Below, one piece after another: positions 18,501-28,378 of a DNA stretch of 64,000 nucleotides (position 1 is its first letter; each line of letters starts with the position of its first letter). The notes below the pieces were generated by a model that saw only the letters and a program-made list of their open reading frames with translations, ran no database searches and had not been told where the DNA came from. This DNA comes from a virus. The translations under genes and the position numbers were made by a program. The stretch covers positions 4,134-68,133 of the IMG/VR virus record IMGVR_UViG_3300018875_000005, one strand, 5' to 3'.

Positions 18501-20917
18501 AGAACGGCCAGCAGCTCTACGACACCATGTACGGGCTCGCCGACGCCTCCTCCGCAGCGGCCATCGCCGCGTTCGACTTCGCGCAGCAGCAGAACAAGAC
18601 GCTGCCGCAGTCGCTGCAGGCCGCGCAGGGGGAGATGGCCAAGGCGCGCGAGGCGGCGATCAGTCTGGCGATGGCCCACGGTATGACGAAGCGGCAGGCG
18701 CAGGGTGTCGCCGATGCCATGGGTTTGATCCCCGGCAAGGTGTCCATGCTGCTCCAGACGCAGGGGCTGGACTCCACGCTCGCTGACCTGCTGGCGGTGC
18801 AGGCCGCGTTCAAGCAGGTGCCGGGGGAGAAGACGGTGCGGGTGGACACCCTCAGCGAGGAGGCCCGCACCGAACTGGAAGACCTCGGCTACAAGATCAA
18901 GCTCATTCCCGGCACCCGCGAATACAAGATCACCGCCCCGACGGCGGGCGCCCGCAAACAGCTCGACCTGCTCATCGACAAGCTGGCCGCCACTCCCGAC
19001 AAGACCGTCAAGGTCTCCGCCGCTACCCGGGCCGCCATCACCGACCTCCAGCGGGTACAGGACAAGATCCGCGGCACCAACGGCAAGACCATCACCATGC
19101 GGGCGCCGACCGCGGAGGCCCGCAAGCAGCTCGAACTCCTCGGCTTCAAGATCCGTGACACCAAGGGCAAGAACGTCACCATCACCGTGCCGACCGGCGG
19201 GCCCGTCTCCGCGGTGTCCACCATCCAGGGCGCCATCGACAGCCTTCAGGGCAAGACGGTCACCATCCGCACCAATCACGTGGAGACCCGCACCCTGATC
19301 CCTCGGGGCCCGAACGGGCAGCCGCTGATGAGCGCCGACGGCGGCATCGTGAACTTCGCCCGGGGCGGCATCAGCCGCCAGCGCGGCGGCGTCCAGCACT
19401 TCGCCGGCGGCCGGGAGAACCACATCGCGCAGATCGCCCCGGCCGGCACCTGGCGGGTATGGGCCGAGCCGGAGACCGGCGGCGAGGCGTACATCCCGCT
19501 CGCTCCGGCCAAGCGGGAGCGGTCCCGGGCCATCGCCGAGGAGACCGTGCGCCGCCTGGGCGGCCAGGGCATCGCCTGGAACGCCGACGGCAGCGTGATG
19601 TCCTTCGCCGGCGGGGGCGGGTTCACCTACCAGCCCGACGGCGGCGGCCGGGGCGTCTCCGATGTGCAGTCCCGCTACGAGGAGCGGCACCAGCCGATCT
19701 CCCGCGAGGACTACAACAAGAAGATCCGCGCCCGCGCGAACGCCCTGGACCGGCTGCGGGAGGCGGAGGCGAAACTGCGGGCGCTGCGACGCCGCAAGCA
19801 CACCCGGGCCCAGGAGGTGTCCGCCGAGCGGAAGGTCGCCGCAGCCCGCCGCGCGTATGCCACCGCCACCGAGGCCGCCAACAGCGCGACCGCCCGCTAC
19901 AAGAAGCGGTTCTCCCTGGCCGACTGGCAGAAGGAACTGTCCGCCTCGGTGAAGGCGAACGCCGCCTGGGAGGCGAACCTCGCCAAGATCGGCAAACGCG
20001 CCGGGTTCGAGGTCGAGCAGATCCTGCGGGACATGGGCATCGAGGGCGCCTCCATGGTCTCCGCCCTGGCCAAGGCATCCAGCAAGCAGTTCGCGTCGAT
20101 CGTCGCCAACCTCAAGAAGCTCGCCCCGAGCGCGAAGGCCGCGCTGGCGGACTACACCAAGCAGCTCAACGCCCACAACAAGACCTCCGCCGCCTTCCAG
20201 AACAACCTCGTGAAGCTGGCGGGGATGGGCTACGGCGACCTGGCGGCGCAGCTTGCCGCGCAGGGCGACGAGGCCGCCCAGAAGGTCGCCGCCGGCGCGG
20301 TCGCCTCCCGCAGCGCCGCCGCCGCGGCGAACAAGTCCGCCCAGGCCAACGCCAAGCTCCTGTCGGATGAGGAGTTGGAGCAACTGGTGCAGATCATCGC
20401 CGCCATCAAGAGCAGCGGCACCGGCATCCACGCGGTCGCGGCCACCACCGGCCTGGGCGAGGACGACATCATCGCCGTCGCCACCAAGGCGGCTGGCCAG
20501 ATCAAGGGCTCTCTCGGTTCCCGCGCCACGCGGTTCCTCGCCGACCTCGCCAAGGCCCAGCGGGGCATGGCGTATGCCAACGGCGGGATCCGGGAGGGCA
20601 TCTACGCCACCCGCGGCGGCCTGGTCCGCTGGGCCGAGCCGGAGACCGGCGGGGAGGCGTACATCCCGCTCGCCGCGGCCAAGCGGGCGGGCGCCATGCG
20701 GGTCCTGTCCGACGTCGCCGGCCGGTTCGGGGTGGGCCTGACCGACGCCGGGGCCGGCGGCCGGGTTGTCATCGTCCGCGAGCAGGGCCCGCTGGTCGGC
20801 GAGCAGCACTGGCACGTCAGCGGCGCCCGCAACGACGCCGCGCTGGCCCGGAAGATCGACGCCGCGAACGCCTACCAGCTCCGCAGGCTCGCACGGGGAG
20901 GGGTGGGGGCACGATGA
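15518..20917 (+). CDS. Tape measure protein (TP901-like core)
   Basis: 1799 aa, Ala-rich; DTLAATANSASGDI, AGTTLRGMFANL motifs; two WAEPETGGEAYIPLA modules. Confidence 0.95.
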   Translation: MANWNLSVSLRGEGQDLARALRDAARHARNLERNASRAKREVRDLGEAAKTASRHIKTLGTSARNTARHLRSLGDAARTANRHLGRYGDAARNANRHLRTLGDSSRTASRQLARMHGDLDRAVRDLIRLAQAAQRATTQVNRVGNTRALRQVQRDARAARGELRAMAAIMSGGALTMGFGQFLENGNEFQRAMNTFGAVTNATAGQMQRAGATAHQLGADLRLPNATAAEAAEAMVELAKAGFRTDQAISATRASLQLASAAQVNAADSAKYLGDIMDQFGLGADQAARAADTLAATANSASGDIIDIYYSMKYAGPVAATLGVTLEETAAAVGMLGKAGILGMTAGTTLRGMFANLAAPTPKMIEGLKGMGIEAWDAQGRFKGLRYVIEGLSKAQHDMTQQDFVGALRHSMGKPAMSGAAALAHQGVESFDALMVAVQDTGAAADIAAAKGKGLAGAMTQLKTQARQTGITIYEGLAPGLERVVRGVTAGLAAATPKIESFFDYLNDAAVLFGPDLAAVAREQFGAIGDAAGSMLAPFRELGQDALAGFLHLLIRTATAAAEVLTNLAAGAEPVIEALSGIADGSSGAATALDIIVMVLGAAADTAAWLSGVLGPLGQVVADVVSAFGDLPGPIQTAVLAMLLFRRYGTGPLTALQGRVGAVTGAFRRFGDEMRVQQSLAAASGMALGRYGASLAVLQARLPVFGAMANSFRTASAAGSGLTGTLRGMTAAASTGLARAFSGLTAAMGGPWGLAIAGATIGLGMLASSQQKAAQKAAEHKAYIDSLTEAIRTSNDVTSENVREVAAKMLQDRKLGLSGESLIGTLRRAGISLNEVTDSYLGQGESINTLVRRLRDLARESEGGIGSGTRQAQAYTEAANALESMSGEAGKAAARAKELDDAAKGTEGGVTAYQRLKDAVTALGDKTADADSRTRALRDALDLLSGGSVSYEAAQARVNKAITAANDAMQDGIEKADGWGKQLVSATGSIDTTTKNGQQLYDTMYGLADASSAAAIAAFDFAQQQNKTLPQSLQAAQGEMAKAREAAISLAMAHGMTKRQAQGVADAMGLIPGKVSMLLQTQGLDSTLADLLAVQAAFKQVPGEKTVRVDTLSEEARTELEDLGYKIKLIPGTREYKITAPTAGARKQLDLLIDKLAATPDKTVKVSAATRAAITDLQRVQDKIRGTNGKTITMRAPTAEARKQLELLGFKIRDTKGKNVTITVPTGGPVSAVSTIQGAIDSLQGKTVTIRTNHVETRTLIPRGPNGQPLMSADGGIVNFARGGISRQRGGVQHFAGGRENHIAQIAPAGTWRVWAEPETGGEAYIPLAPAKRERSRAIAEETVRRLGGQGIAWNADGSVMSFAGGGGFTYQPDGGGRGVSDVQSRYEERHQPISREDYNKKIRARANALDRLREAEAKLRALRRRKHTRAQEVSAERKVAAARRAYATATEAANSATARYKKRFSLADWQKELSASVKANAAWEANLAKIGKRAGFEVEQILRDMGIEGASMVSALAKASSKQFASIVANLKKLAPSAKAALADYTKQLNAHNKTSAAFQNNLVKLAGMGYGDLAAQLAAQGDEAAQKVAAGAVASRSAAAAANKSAQANAKLLSDEELEQLVQIIAAIKSSGTGIHAVAATTGLGEDDIIAVATKAAGQIKGSLGSRATRFLADLAKAQRGMAYANGGIREGIYATRGGLVRWAEPETGGEAYIPLAAAKRAGAMRVLSDVAGRFGVGLTDAGAGGRVVIVREQGPLVGEQHWHVSGARNDAALARKIDAANAYQLRRLARGGVGAR

Positions 20918-21810
20918 CCACACCGGTAGAGCTGGACGACTACCAGCACGAGCTGGGCGGGGTCCTCATCGGCACCGGCACCGCCGTGCAGATCCGCACC
21001 ATCGAGGGCCTGGGCCTGGCCCCGGTGCGGACCGGGGACGTGGAGCCGGACGGCGAGGACGGCACCTGGCTGGGCATCGACCGCTACGGCGGGCGGACCG
21101 TCCGCATCGACGCCGCCGTCAAGGTGGTCGGCGACGCGGGCGGGGTGCTGGACCGGATCGCCGACCTGGTGGAGGCCGCCGACGACGAGGACGTGCGCGG
21201 CCACGGCGGCACCACGATGGATCTGCGGCTGAAGTTCCCCGGCCGGCCGGTGCGGGTGCTGCGGGGCCGGATCCGCAAGGCCGAACCCGAGCTGGACCAG
21301 GTCATCCACGGCTACGCCCCGCTCGACATCGAGTTCCAGACGGCCGATCACCTGTACTACGCCGACGAGCCGGGCACCACCTCCATCCCGCTGGGCCTGA
21401 TCTCCTCCGGCGGCCTGTCCTTTCCGCTGGCGTTCCCGCTGACCATCGAAGGCGACCCGCAGGCCGTCGGCCGGCCCAGCTTCCTCCAGGTGGAGGGCAC
21501 CGCGGCCACCTGGCCGGTGCTGCGCGTCACCGGGCCGTGTGCCAACCCGACCATCACCCATGTCGCCTCGGGCCGGTCGCTGACGGTGCAGGCCACGCTG
21601 GCCGCCGGGGAGTGGGTGGAGATCGACACCCGGCCCGGGTGGCGGACGGTGCTGCGGGAGAACGGCGGCGGCGTCCCCCTGGCCGGCACGTCCCGCGTCG
21701 ATGAGTTCCGGCTGACGCCGGGGCTGAACGAGATCCGGTGGACCGCCACCGACCCGACCCTGACCTCCACGCTGGCCGTCACCTGGTGGCCCGCCTACAA
21801 GGCTCTCTGA
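20914..21810 (+). CDS. Distal tail protein (Dit)
   Basis: Directly after TMP; LSFPLAFPLTI, WPVLRVTGPCANP, LTPGLNEI motifs. Confidence 0.8.
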   Translation: MTTPVELDDYQHELGGVLIGTGTAVQIRTIEGLGLAPVRTGDVEPDGEDGTWLGIDRYGGRTVRIDAAVKVVGDAGGVLDRIADLVEAADDEDVRGHGGTTMDLRLKFPGRPVRVLRGRIRKAEPELDQVIHGYAPLDIEFQTADHLYYADEPGTTSIPLGLISSGGLSFPLAFPLTIEGDPQAVGRPSFLQVEGTAATWPVLRVTGPCANPTITHVASGRSLTVQATLAAGEWVEIDTRPGWRTVLRENGGGVPLAGTSRVDEFRLTPGLNEIRWTATDPTLTSTLAVTWWPAYKAL

Positions 21811-21822
21811 AGGAGGCCCGCG

Positions 21823-22794
21823 ATGGCCCTCATCACGACCCCGATCGCCGTCACCGGCGCCACCCACACCGCGCAGCAGTTCCGCATGATGGTCCGCGAC
21901 CTGGCCCGCGGGAATCAGGGCATCACCGAGGGCGACGACCTCAAGGTGACCGCGCTGCCGGTGAACGGGGCCGGGGTGCAGGTCGGGGACGGGTCGGCGG
22001 TCATCACCGGCAAGGTGTCGTCGGTGCAGGGCTCCTACAGCGTCTACAACGTGGGCACGGACACGGTGCCGATCTCGGCGACCGGCGGCACCGGCCGGTC
22101 GGACATGCTGATCCTGCGGGTGGAGGACCCCGAGTACGAGGGCACCCGCGATCCGGCGACGGACCCGATCGCGTTCTTCGACGTGATCTCCAACGTCTCC
22201 AACACCGCGACGACCGTGCCCGCTGGCTACTCGGCGATTCCGCTGGCCCGGATCGACATCCCCGCCTCCACGGCGACCATCACCAACGCCATGATCAAGG
22301 ACTTGCGGCGGGTCGCCAACCCGCGGCGGGAGCGGATTCTGTACCCCTACTACTACTCCGGCTCCCTGACCGAGATCAGTGGCACGTCCGAGACGTGGAA
22401 GACGCACCCGGCGCTGCCGTCGGCGACCCCGGCGGGGGCGATGGCGAACATCGCCATCCCCGCGTGGGCGGCCACCGCCAAGGTGATCTTCTCGGTGTCG
22501 AACCTGCGGCTGGCCGACGGCAACATCTGGGGGGAGTTCCGCTTCAAGCTGGGCGCGACCGAGGCCGCGCAGGCGGTGTCCATCGACGACAACCAGGGCA
22601 CCCCCGCCCGCCGGGCCCACGTGGAGATGGTCGAGACGATCGACCTCACCACCACGGCCGGGGCGGCGATGCGCGGCACCACCCAGGCGTTCTACTCCCG
22701 GATGCGGACCCGCTCCGGCAACGCCGGGAAGATCGGCGTCGACTCGATGACCACGTTCAAGATTGATATCGAGTTCACCGAGGGCGCCCTGTAA
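21823..22794 (+). CDS. Minor tail/baseplate protein
   Basis: DLKVTA...VQVGDGSAVI, RSDMLILRVEDPEY, IPLARIDIPA motifs of actinophage baseplate proteins. Confidence 0.75.
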   Translation: MALITTPIAVTGATHTAQQFRMMVRDLARGNQGITEGDDLKVTALPVNGAGVQVGDGSAVITGKVSSVQGSYSVYNVGTDTVPISATGGTGRSDMLILRVEDPEYEGTRDPATDPIAFFDVISNVSNTATTVPAGYSAIPLARIDIPASTATITNAMIKDLRRVANPRRERILYPYYYSGSLTEISGTSETWKTHPALPSATPAGAMANIAIPAWAATAKVIFSVSNLRLADGNIWGEFRFKLGATEAAQAVSIDDNQGTPARRAHVEMVETIDLTTTAGAAMRGTTQAFYSRMRTRSGNAGKIGVDSMTTFKIDIEFTEGAL

Positions 22795-23891
22795 TGGCCC
22801 GCTGGCGGTACTGGACTCAGCACGCCCTGACCGGGCAGCAGCTCCATCCGGCGCTGCCGTTCACCGGCGTGGAGTTCTCCCGCGAACTCAACGGCCCCGG
22901 CGCCTTCTCGGGCACCCTCACGCCGCGGTTCGTGCGCGCCAACCCGGACGTCCTTGAACCCGGGCGGGCGCTGCTGTACGTGGAGGCCGACGGGTTCATC
23001 CGCTGGGGCGGCCTGATCTGGCAGGTCGAGCCCGAGGGCGCCCAGTACCAGGTGGAGGCCGCCGGCTGGTCGTCGTATCTGACGCGGCGCCACGACCACC
23101 ACGGCGAGCTGAACGGCCGCGGCCCGTACGTCTACGCCGACCCGTGCCAGGTGATCCGCGACGTGTGGGACTACGCCCAGGAGCAGCCCGACGGCGACCT
23201 CGGCGTCACCGTAGACGCCACGTTCTCACAGGCGAAGGTCGGCACCCCCGCCGAGCCGCTGCACTCCTACTGGTACGAGACGCCGTCCCTGGGCGACCTG
23301 GTCGACGACCTCGTCAGCGAGGACGACTCCCCGGACTACGCCTGCCACACCGAGTACCAGACCAACGGGACCGTGGCCCGCCGCATCCTGCTGGGCTATC
23401 CGCGGCTCGGGGCCCGCCGCACCGACATCTCCTTCCGGTCGGGGGTGAACATCGTCGGCGCCCCGCCGGTCACCTACAGCGCGGACGAGTACGCCAACAC
23501 CGTCCTCGCCACCGGCAGCGGGGAGGGCACCGCCCGCCGCTTCGCGGTCGACTCAGTCCGGGACGGGCGGCTGCGGCTCGAATCGGTGCTGGCGCTGCCT
23601 GCGGTCAACGGCAACGACGTCCTCGGCCGACGGGCCCGCGCCGAGCGGAAGCGCCGCCAGATCCTGGGCCAGGTGGAGTCCATCCAGGTCCGCCACCACC
23701 CCGCCGCGCCGCTCGGGTCCTGGCAGGTGGGCGACGACGTGCTGGTGCAGGTCAACAACGACTGGACGTCCTGGTCCGGGTGGTGCCGGATCACCGCGGA
23801 CACCATCCGCCCGGATACCGGCGAGGACGGCGACGACGAGATCGTCCTGACCCTGGCCCGCGCCGACAGCTTCTACTACGGAGGTACTTGA
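22794..23891 (+). CDS. Baseplate hub / ReqiPepy6 gp37-like minor tail protein
   Basis: FSRELNGPGAFSG, IRWGGLIW, ANTVLATGSGEG motifs. Confidence 0.8.
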   Translation: MARWRYWTQHALTGQQLHPALPFTGVEFSRELNGPGAFSGTLTPRFVRANPDVLEPGRALLYVEADGFIRWGGLIWQVEPEGAQYQVEAAGWSSYLTRRHDHHGELNGRGPYVYADPCQVIRDVWDYAQEQPDGDLGVTVDATFSQAKVGTPAEPLHSYWYETPSLGDLVDDLVSEDDSPDYACHTEYQTNGTVARRILLGYPRLGARRTDISFRSGVNIVGAPPVTYSADEYANTVLATGSGEGTARRFAVDSVRDGRLRLESVLALPAVNGNDVLGRRARAERKRRQILGQVESIQVRHHPAAPLGSWQVGDDVLVQVNNDWTSWSGWCRITADTIRPDTGEDGDDEIVLTLARADSFYYGGT

Positions 23892-25177
23892 TGCCCTCGG
23901 ACAACACGTTGGCCCGCAAGGTCCACGCGCTGGAGCAGCGGCTCCGGCAGATCGAGCGGGGGCAGCGGGTCGCGCACGGCGCCAGCATCGAGAACGCCGC
24001 CATCGAGGTCCGCGACGCCGGCGGCTCGCTGCGGGCGATCGTGGGGCAGCAGGGCGACGGCACCACCGGTGTGAACGTCGTCAACGGCCCCACCCCGCCC
24101 ACGCCGTCCGCGCCGACCGTGGAGCCCGCCCTCGCCGCGCTCGCCGTCACCTGGAACGGGCAGTTCGCCGACGGGGCGGTGGCGCCGCTGGACTGGATGC
24201 GGTGCGAGGTGCATGTCGGCCCGACCGCCGGGTTCACTCCGGATCAGGGGACGCTGCGGGACACCATCGAGTCCCCGCAGGGCGGCACCGTGGTCGTCCC
24301 CCTGCCGTACACCCAGTGGCACGTGAAGCTGCGGTCCCGGACCACGTCCGGGGTCGCCTCCGCCCCGACGGCCGCGGTTGCGGGTACCCCGCGCAAGGCC
24401 GAGGCCGCGGACATCGTGGCCGGCGCCATCACCGCCAACCACATCGCCGTCGACGCCCTCACCGGCAAGACGATCACCGGCGGGACCATCACCGGCGCCA
24501 CCATCCAGACCGCCGCCTCCGGCGCCCGCGTCGTCCTCGACGACCGTATGCGCATCTACGACGCCGGTAACAACCTGATGGCTCAGGCCAAGCCGACCGA
24601 CGCCACCAACGTGGCCGGGTTCTACGTCTACAACGGCGACGGCTACTCCGCGGCCCTGACCCAGGGCATCGTCTCGTTCCGCCTCGCCAGCGCCACCTAC
24701 CAGCGCTACCCCTACCTCGAGCACCGCATCGCGGCCGGGGACGTCAGCGACCTCCTCCTGCGGTCCGGCACCACGCACTCCTCCGGGGCGCAGGCGGTCG
24801 TGAAGCTGACCGGCGGTACGAGCAGCATCCGCCCCTATGTCCGGATCTTCTCCGATGCGCTGGGCAGCCTCGACTGCGACCTGGAGGTCACCGGCGTGCT
24901 CACCGCCCGCAGCATCGCCACCGGGACGGTGACCATCACCCCGTCCGCCGCGCATGTCCCCACGCAGTTCCAGGTCACCGGCCTGAACGTGGCCGGGACC
25001 ACATTCCGCGGCTTCGCCACCGCCAACACCACCGTGCCCGGCGTCCGCACCCCGACCGGAAACCAGGGCGTCACCGGCGTCTCGGTGTCCAACGTCAGCG
25101 GCACGGGGCTGACGGTCTGGGTGAACCGCGAGAACACGACCGCAACCAACATCAACTGGATGGTGATCGGATCATGA
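23891..25177 (+). CDS. Tail fibre / receptor-binding minor tail protein
   Basis: N-terminal coiled coil, FN3-like region, GAITANHI/GKTITGGTITGATIQT repeats, beta-rich C-terminus. Confidence 0.75.
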   Translation: MPSDNTLARKVHALEQRLRQIERGQRVAHGASIENAAIEVRDAGGSLRAIVGQQGDGTTGVNVVNGPTPPTPSAPTVEPALAALAVTWNGQFADGAVAPLDWMRCEVHVGPTAGFTPDQGTLRDTIESPQGGTVVVPLPYTQWHVKLRSRTTSGVASAPTAAVAGTPRKAEAADIVAGAITANHIAVDALTGKTITGGTITGATIQTAASGARVVLDDRMRIYDAGNNLMAQAKPTDATNVAGFYVYNGDGYSAALTQGIVSFRLASATYQRYPYLEHRIAAGDVSDLLLRSGTTHSSGAQAVVKLTGGTSSIRPYVRIFSDALGSLDCDLEVTGVLTARSIATGTVTITPSAAHVPTQFQVTGLNVAGTTFRGFATANTTVPGVRTPTGNQGVTGVSVSNVSGTGLTVWVNRENTTATNINWMVIGS

Positions 25178-25446
25178 GTGAGACCAGCGCGACTCCGGAG
25201 GCCGGGGAGCCGAGCAGTGAGCCGCCGCTCCAGCCGGAGCAGCCCATCGTCTTCGAGCCGGCCACGTGGTACGAGGGCACCTGGACCTGCGCGACGAACA
25301 CCTGCGTGAACTACAACACCATCTGGCCCATCACCAATCTGTACTCCAACAACGGCATCTATGTGCCGGTGCAGTGCGGCCGGTGCCAGACGCTGGGCAC
25401 GATCCTGACCGCGGTCAAGATGGACCCGCAGCCGCCCGAGGAGTGA
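25174..25446 (+). CDS. Small Cys-motif tail-associated protein
   Basis: ATGA overlap; CATNTC...CGRC. Confidence 0.65.
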   Translation: MSETSATPEAGEPSSEPPLQPEQPIVFEPATWYEGTWTCATNTCVNYNTIWPITNLYSNNGIYVPVQCGRCQTLGTILTAVKMDPQPPEE

Positions 25447-25591
25447 CCGACGGCCGGGGCAACCCCCGGGCCGCCGGGCGATTACGCTGAGTACATCGGG
25501 CGACCCTCCGCCCATCCCAGAGGGACGCACCCCACGTGGTGTCGAGCACAACGCCAGCAGCAGTGGGCGCGGGGAGAAGAGGGGCACACGC

Positions 25592-26941
25592 ATGGCGACG
25601 CCCATTGGCGCGTCCGCTCTCGTCCAGGCACTACGCGACGAGGGGCTGGAGGTCGTCGAGGTCGCGGGCTGGCGTACCCGCAACCGCAACAGCAAGGGCC
25701 CGTGGGGGCCGGTGTACGGGGTGATGATCCACCACACCGTCACCAAGGGCTCAGCCCGGACGGTCGAGATCTGCCGGGACGGCTACAGCAGCCTGCCGGG
25801 CCCGCTGTGCCACGGCGTCATCACCAAGGACGGCCGGGTGCACCTGGTCGGCCACGGCCGCGCCAACCACGCCGGCTCCGGCGACGACGACGTACTCAGG
25901 GCCGTCATCGACGACCGGCTCCTCCCGGCGGACAACGAGGCCAACACCGACGGCAACCGCCACTTCTACGGCTTCGAGTGCGAGAACCTCGGCGACGGCA
26001 AGGACCCGTGGCCCGCGGCCCAGCTCGAGGCGATCGAACGCGCCGCGGCGGCGCTGTGCCGCTACCACGGCTGGGACGCGGAGTCGGTGATCGGGCATCT
26101 GGAGTGGCAGCCCGGGAAGGTCGACCCGCGCGGCTTCACCATGACCTCGCTGCGGTCCCGGGTGCGGGCCCGGCTCGCCGCGCAGCCGGGCGGGTCCCGG
26201 CCGGCGCCGAAGCCCGCCCCGAAGCCGTCCTCCACCACCACGTACACGGTGCGGAAGGGCGACACCCTGTGGGGCATCGCCCGCGCCCACGGCACGACCG
26301 TGCCCCGCCTGGTGGACCTCAACGACCTGACGGACCCGGACGGCATCAAGGCCGGGCAGAAGATCAAGGTCCCCGCCAAGGCCGGCGGCGGTCCGGCTCC
26401 GGTGCCGGACCGGGACGCCTACCCGGGAGCCGACAAGTTCGGCGACGGCGCCACCAACGTCCACATCACCCGGCTGGGGCAGATGCTCATCGACCGCGGT
26501 GGCACCCGCTTCTACAAGACCGGCCCCGGCCCGACCTGGGGCACGGCGGACCGGGAGGCCACGCGGGCGTTCCAGCGGGCCCAGGGCTGGTCCGGTGCGG
26601 CGGCGGACGGCATCCCGGGGGAGCGGACCTGGGAGCTGCTGGTGACGGGCAAGGGCAAGGACATTCCGCCGCCGGAGCCCGCGGAGCCGCGGTTCGAGCC
26701 GTTCCCGGGCCGGGAGTTCTTCCACGCCGGCCGCACCAGCCCCATCATCACCGCGATGGGCCGGCGGCTGGTCGCCGAGGGCTGCGGCAAGTACCAGCGC
26801 GGCCCGGGCCCGAACTGGACCAACGCCGACAAGGCCAGCTACGCCGCGTGGCAGCGGAAGCTCGGCTACACGGGCGACGACGCGGACGGTATCCCCGGCA
26901 AGACGAGCTGGGACAAGCTGCGCGTCCCCCGCGTCTCCTGA
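25592..26941 (+). CDS. Endolysin: N-acetylmuramoyl-L-alanine amidase + LysM + two PG-binding domains
   Basis: GVMIHHT, ANHAG, GFECENLG, VIGHLEW; YTVRKGDTLWGIA (LysM); DGIPGERTW and DGIPGKTSW repeats. Confidence 0.92.
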   Translation: MATPIGASALVQALRDEGLEVVEVAGWRTRNRNSKGPWGPVYGVMIHHTVTKGSARTVEICRDGYSSLPGPLCHGVITKDGRVHLVGHGRANHAGSGDDDVLRAVIDDRLLPADNEANTDGNRHFYGFECENLGDGKDPWPAAQLEAIERAAAALCRYHGWDAESVIGHLEWQPGKVDPRGFTMTSLRSRVRARLAAQPGGSRPAPKPAPKPSSTTTYTVRKGDTLWGIARAHGTTVPRLVDLNDLTDPDGIKAGQKIKVPAKAGGGPAPVPDRDAYPGADKFGDGATNVHITRLGQMLIDRGGTRFYKTGPGPTWGTADREATRAFQRAQGWSGAAADGIPGERTWELLVTGKGKDIPPPEPAEPRFEPFPGREFFHAGRTSPIITAMGRRLVAEGCGKYQRGPGPNWTNADKASYAAWQRKLGYTGDDADGIPGKTSWDKLRVPRVS

Positions 26942-26984
26942 CCGCCTCCTCCCCCTTCTCTCATCCTCTTCTCGCAGAAAGAAG

Positions 26985-27374
26985 ATGCTCATGCGGATCT
27001 TCGGTCGTGAACCGGCCCTGTGGCTGGCCCTCATCGCCGTCCTGGTCAAGGTGGTCGCCGCGTTCGGTGTCGAGGTGACCGCCGAACAGCAGACGTGGAT
27101 CAACGCCGTGGCCGCTGCCGCGGTGGGCCTGATCCTCGCCGTCGTCGCCCGGGAGGGCAGCATCGGTGCCGCCGTGATCGGTTTCGTCCAGGCCGTCCTC
27201 GCCCTGGCGGTCGGCTTCGGACTGGACTGGTCGGCTGACCAGCAGGCCGTGGTGATGTCCCTCATCGCGACGGCCGTGGCGATGTTCGAGCGGTCCCAAA
27301 CGGTCCCGCCGGTGGGACCGCTGCCGGTCGAGCAGCGGTCGGTGCTGGACCCCAAGGGCCCGCGGAGCGTGTGA
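26985..27374 (+). CDS. Holin
   Basis: IFGREPALWL start, four hydrophobic helices, after endolysin; alternative start at 26991. Confidence 0.8.
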   Translation: MLMRIFGREPALWLALIAVLVKVVAAFGVEVTAEQQTWINAVAAAAVGLILAVVAREGSIGAAVIGFVQAVLALAVGFGLDWSADQQAVVMSLIATAVAMFERSQTVPPVGPLPVEQRSVLDPKGPRSV

Positions 27375-27820
27375 TGGTGTGCCGCGCGGTCCGGCGGCTC
27401 CCTGCCCGTCTGGGCCGCCGCGGCATCTTCCTCCTGGTGTTGGGCGCGGGTAAGACGTGCTACGGCATCGGGTTCATCGTGGAGCCGCAGACCGGTGCGC
27501 AGGGGCTGCGCCTGCTCACCGAGATGTGTTCCCTTCAGTCGTGGGCGTGGCTATGGATCGTCGCGGGATTGGTCACGCTGGGCTCTGCGTTCGTCGGCAT
27601 CGGACGGGATTGGTTTGGGTTCGTTGCTGCTCTTATCCCCCCAACGGTGTGGGCTCTGGCCTACATCGTCGCCGTGGTCAACGGCGACTACTCACGCGGC
27701 GGTTTCGTCGCGGTCTGGTACCTGACGAGCCATGTCGGGGTGATCTTGTGGGCTTCTGGGGTGCCCGAGCATTCGGTTCCCCCATCACCTCGGAGGTCCC
27801 GGAGAGGTACAGCGCCGTGA
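27374..27820 (+). CDS. Multi-pass membrane lysis-accessory protein
   Basis: Four hydrophobic segments, coupled to holin. Confidence 0.65.
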   Translation: MVCRAVRRLPARLGRRGIFLLVLGAGKTCYGIGFIVEPQTGAQGLRLLTEMCSLQSWAWLWIVAGLVTLGSAFVGIGRDWFGFVAALIPPTVWALAYIVAVVNGDYSRGGFVAVWYLTSHVGVILWASGVPEHSVPPSPRRSRRGTAP

Positions 27821-28200
27821 GCACAGCGGAATGGGCGACGATCATCACCGCAGCAGGCGGCATTCTCGGCGGGGGCGGCTGGTTCGTCGCCCGCGCGACG
27901 GTCAAGGCGGCACGGGTGACGAAGGAGGCCAACGAGGCGGTTGCCCGGATCCAGGCGCAGCCGGCGGCGCAGCAGGCGTCGCTGGCGGTTCTGGAGGCGA
28001 CGGTGCGGCGGGTGGACAAGGAGAACGAGGCGTTGCGGACGGAGAACCAGCAGATCCGGGAGCGGCAGACGCGCATGGAGCGGATCTTGAAGGCGTTCTC
28101 GTGGACGTTGGAGGACTTCTACCGGTGGGCGCGGAATCCGGTGGGTGACCCGCCGCCTGTGCATCCGTTGGTGGATGAGTACAACCGAACTGGAGTTTGA
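27817..28200 (+). CDS. TM + coiled-coil lysis-cassette protein
   Basis: GTGA overlap; N-terminal TM then coiled coil, GDPPPVHPLV end. Confidence 0.7.
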   Translation: MSTAEWATIITAAGGILGGGGWFVARATVKAARVTKEANEAVARIQAQPAAQQASLAVLEATVRRVDKENEALRTENQQIRERQTRMERILKAFSWTLEDFYRWARNPVGDPPPVHPLVDEYNRTGV

Positions 28201-28245
28201 GCAGTGGCTTTCCTGTCGGCTTTGACCTGCTGGTTTTCCGCCGCA

Positions 28246-28284
28246 CGTCCTACGAAAACGCACCCTAAATAACGGGCGCTCGCG
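28246..28284 (+). repeat. Left copy of 39-bp long-range inverted repeat
   Basis: CGTCCTACGAAAACGCACCCTAAATAACGGGCGCTCGCG; reverse complement at 43029-43067 (34 perfect + 1 mismatch + 4). Confidence 0.95.
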
Positions 28285-28378
28285 ATCTTGCCTGGCCTAT
28301 GGGCCGCGCGGCTGAGCCCGTCCCGGAGCCTGCGGGTCGCCGCTGGTACGGGGGCGGGCTAGCCGTACGATCCGGGGC

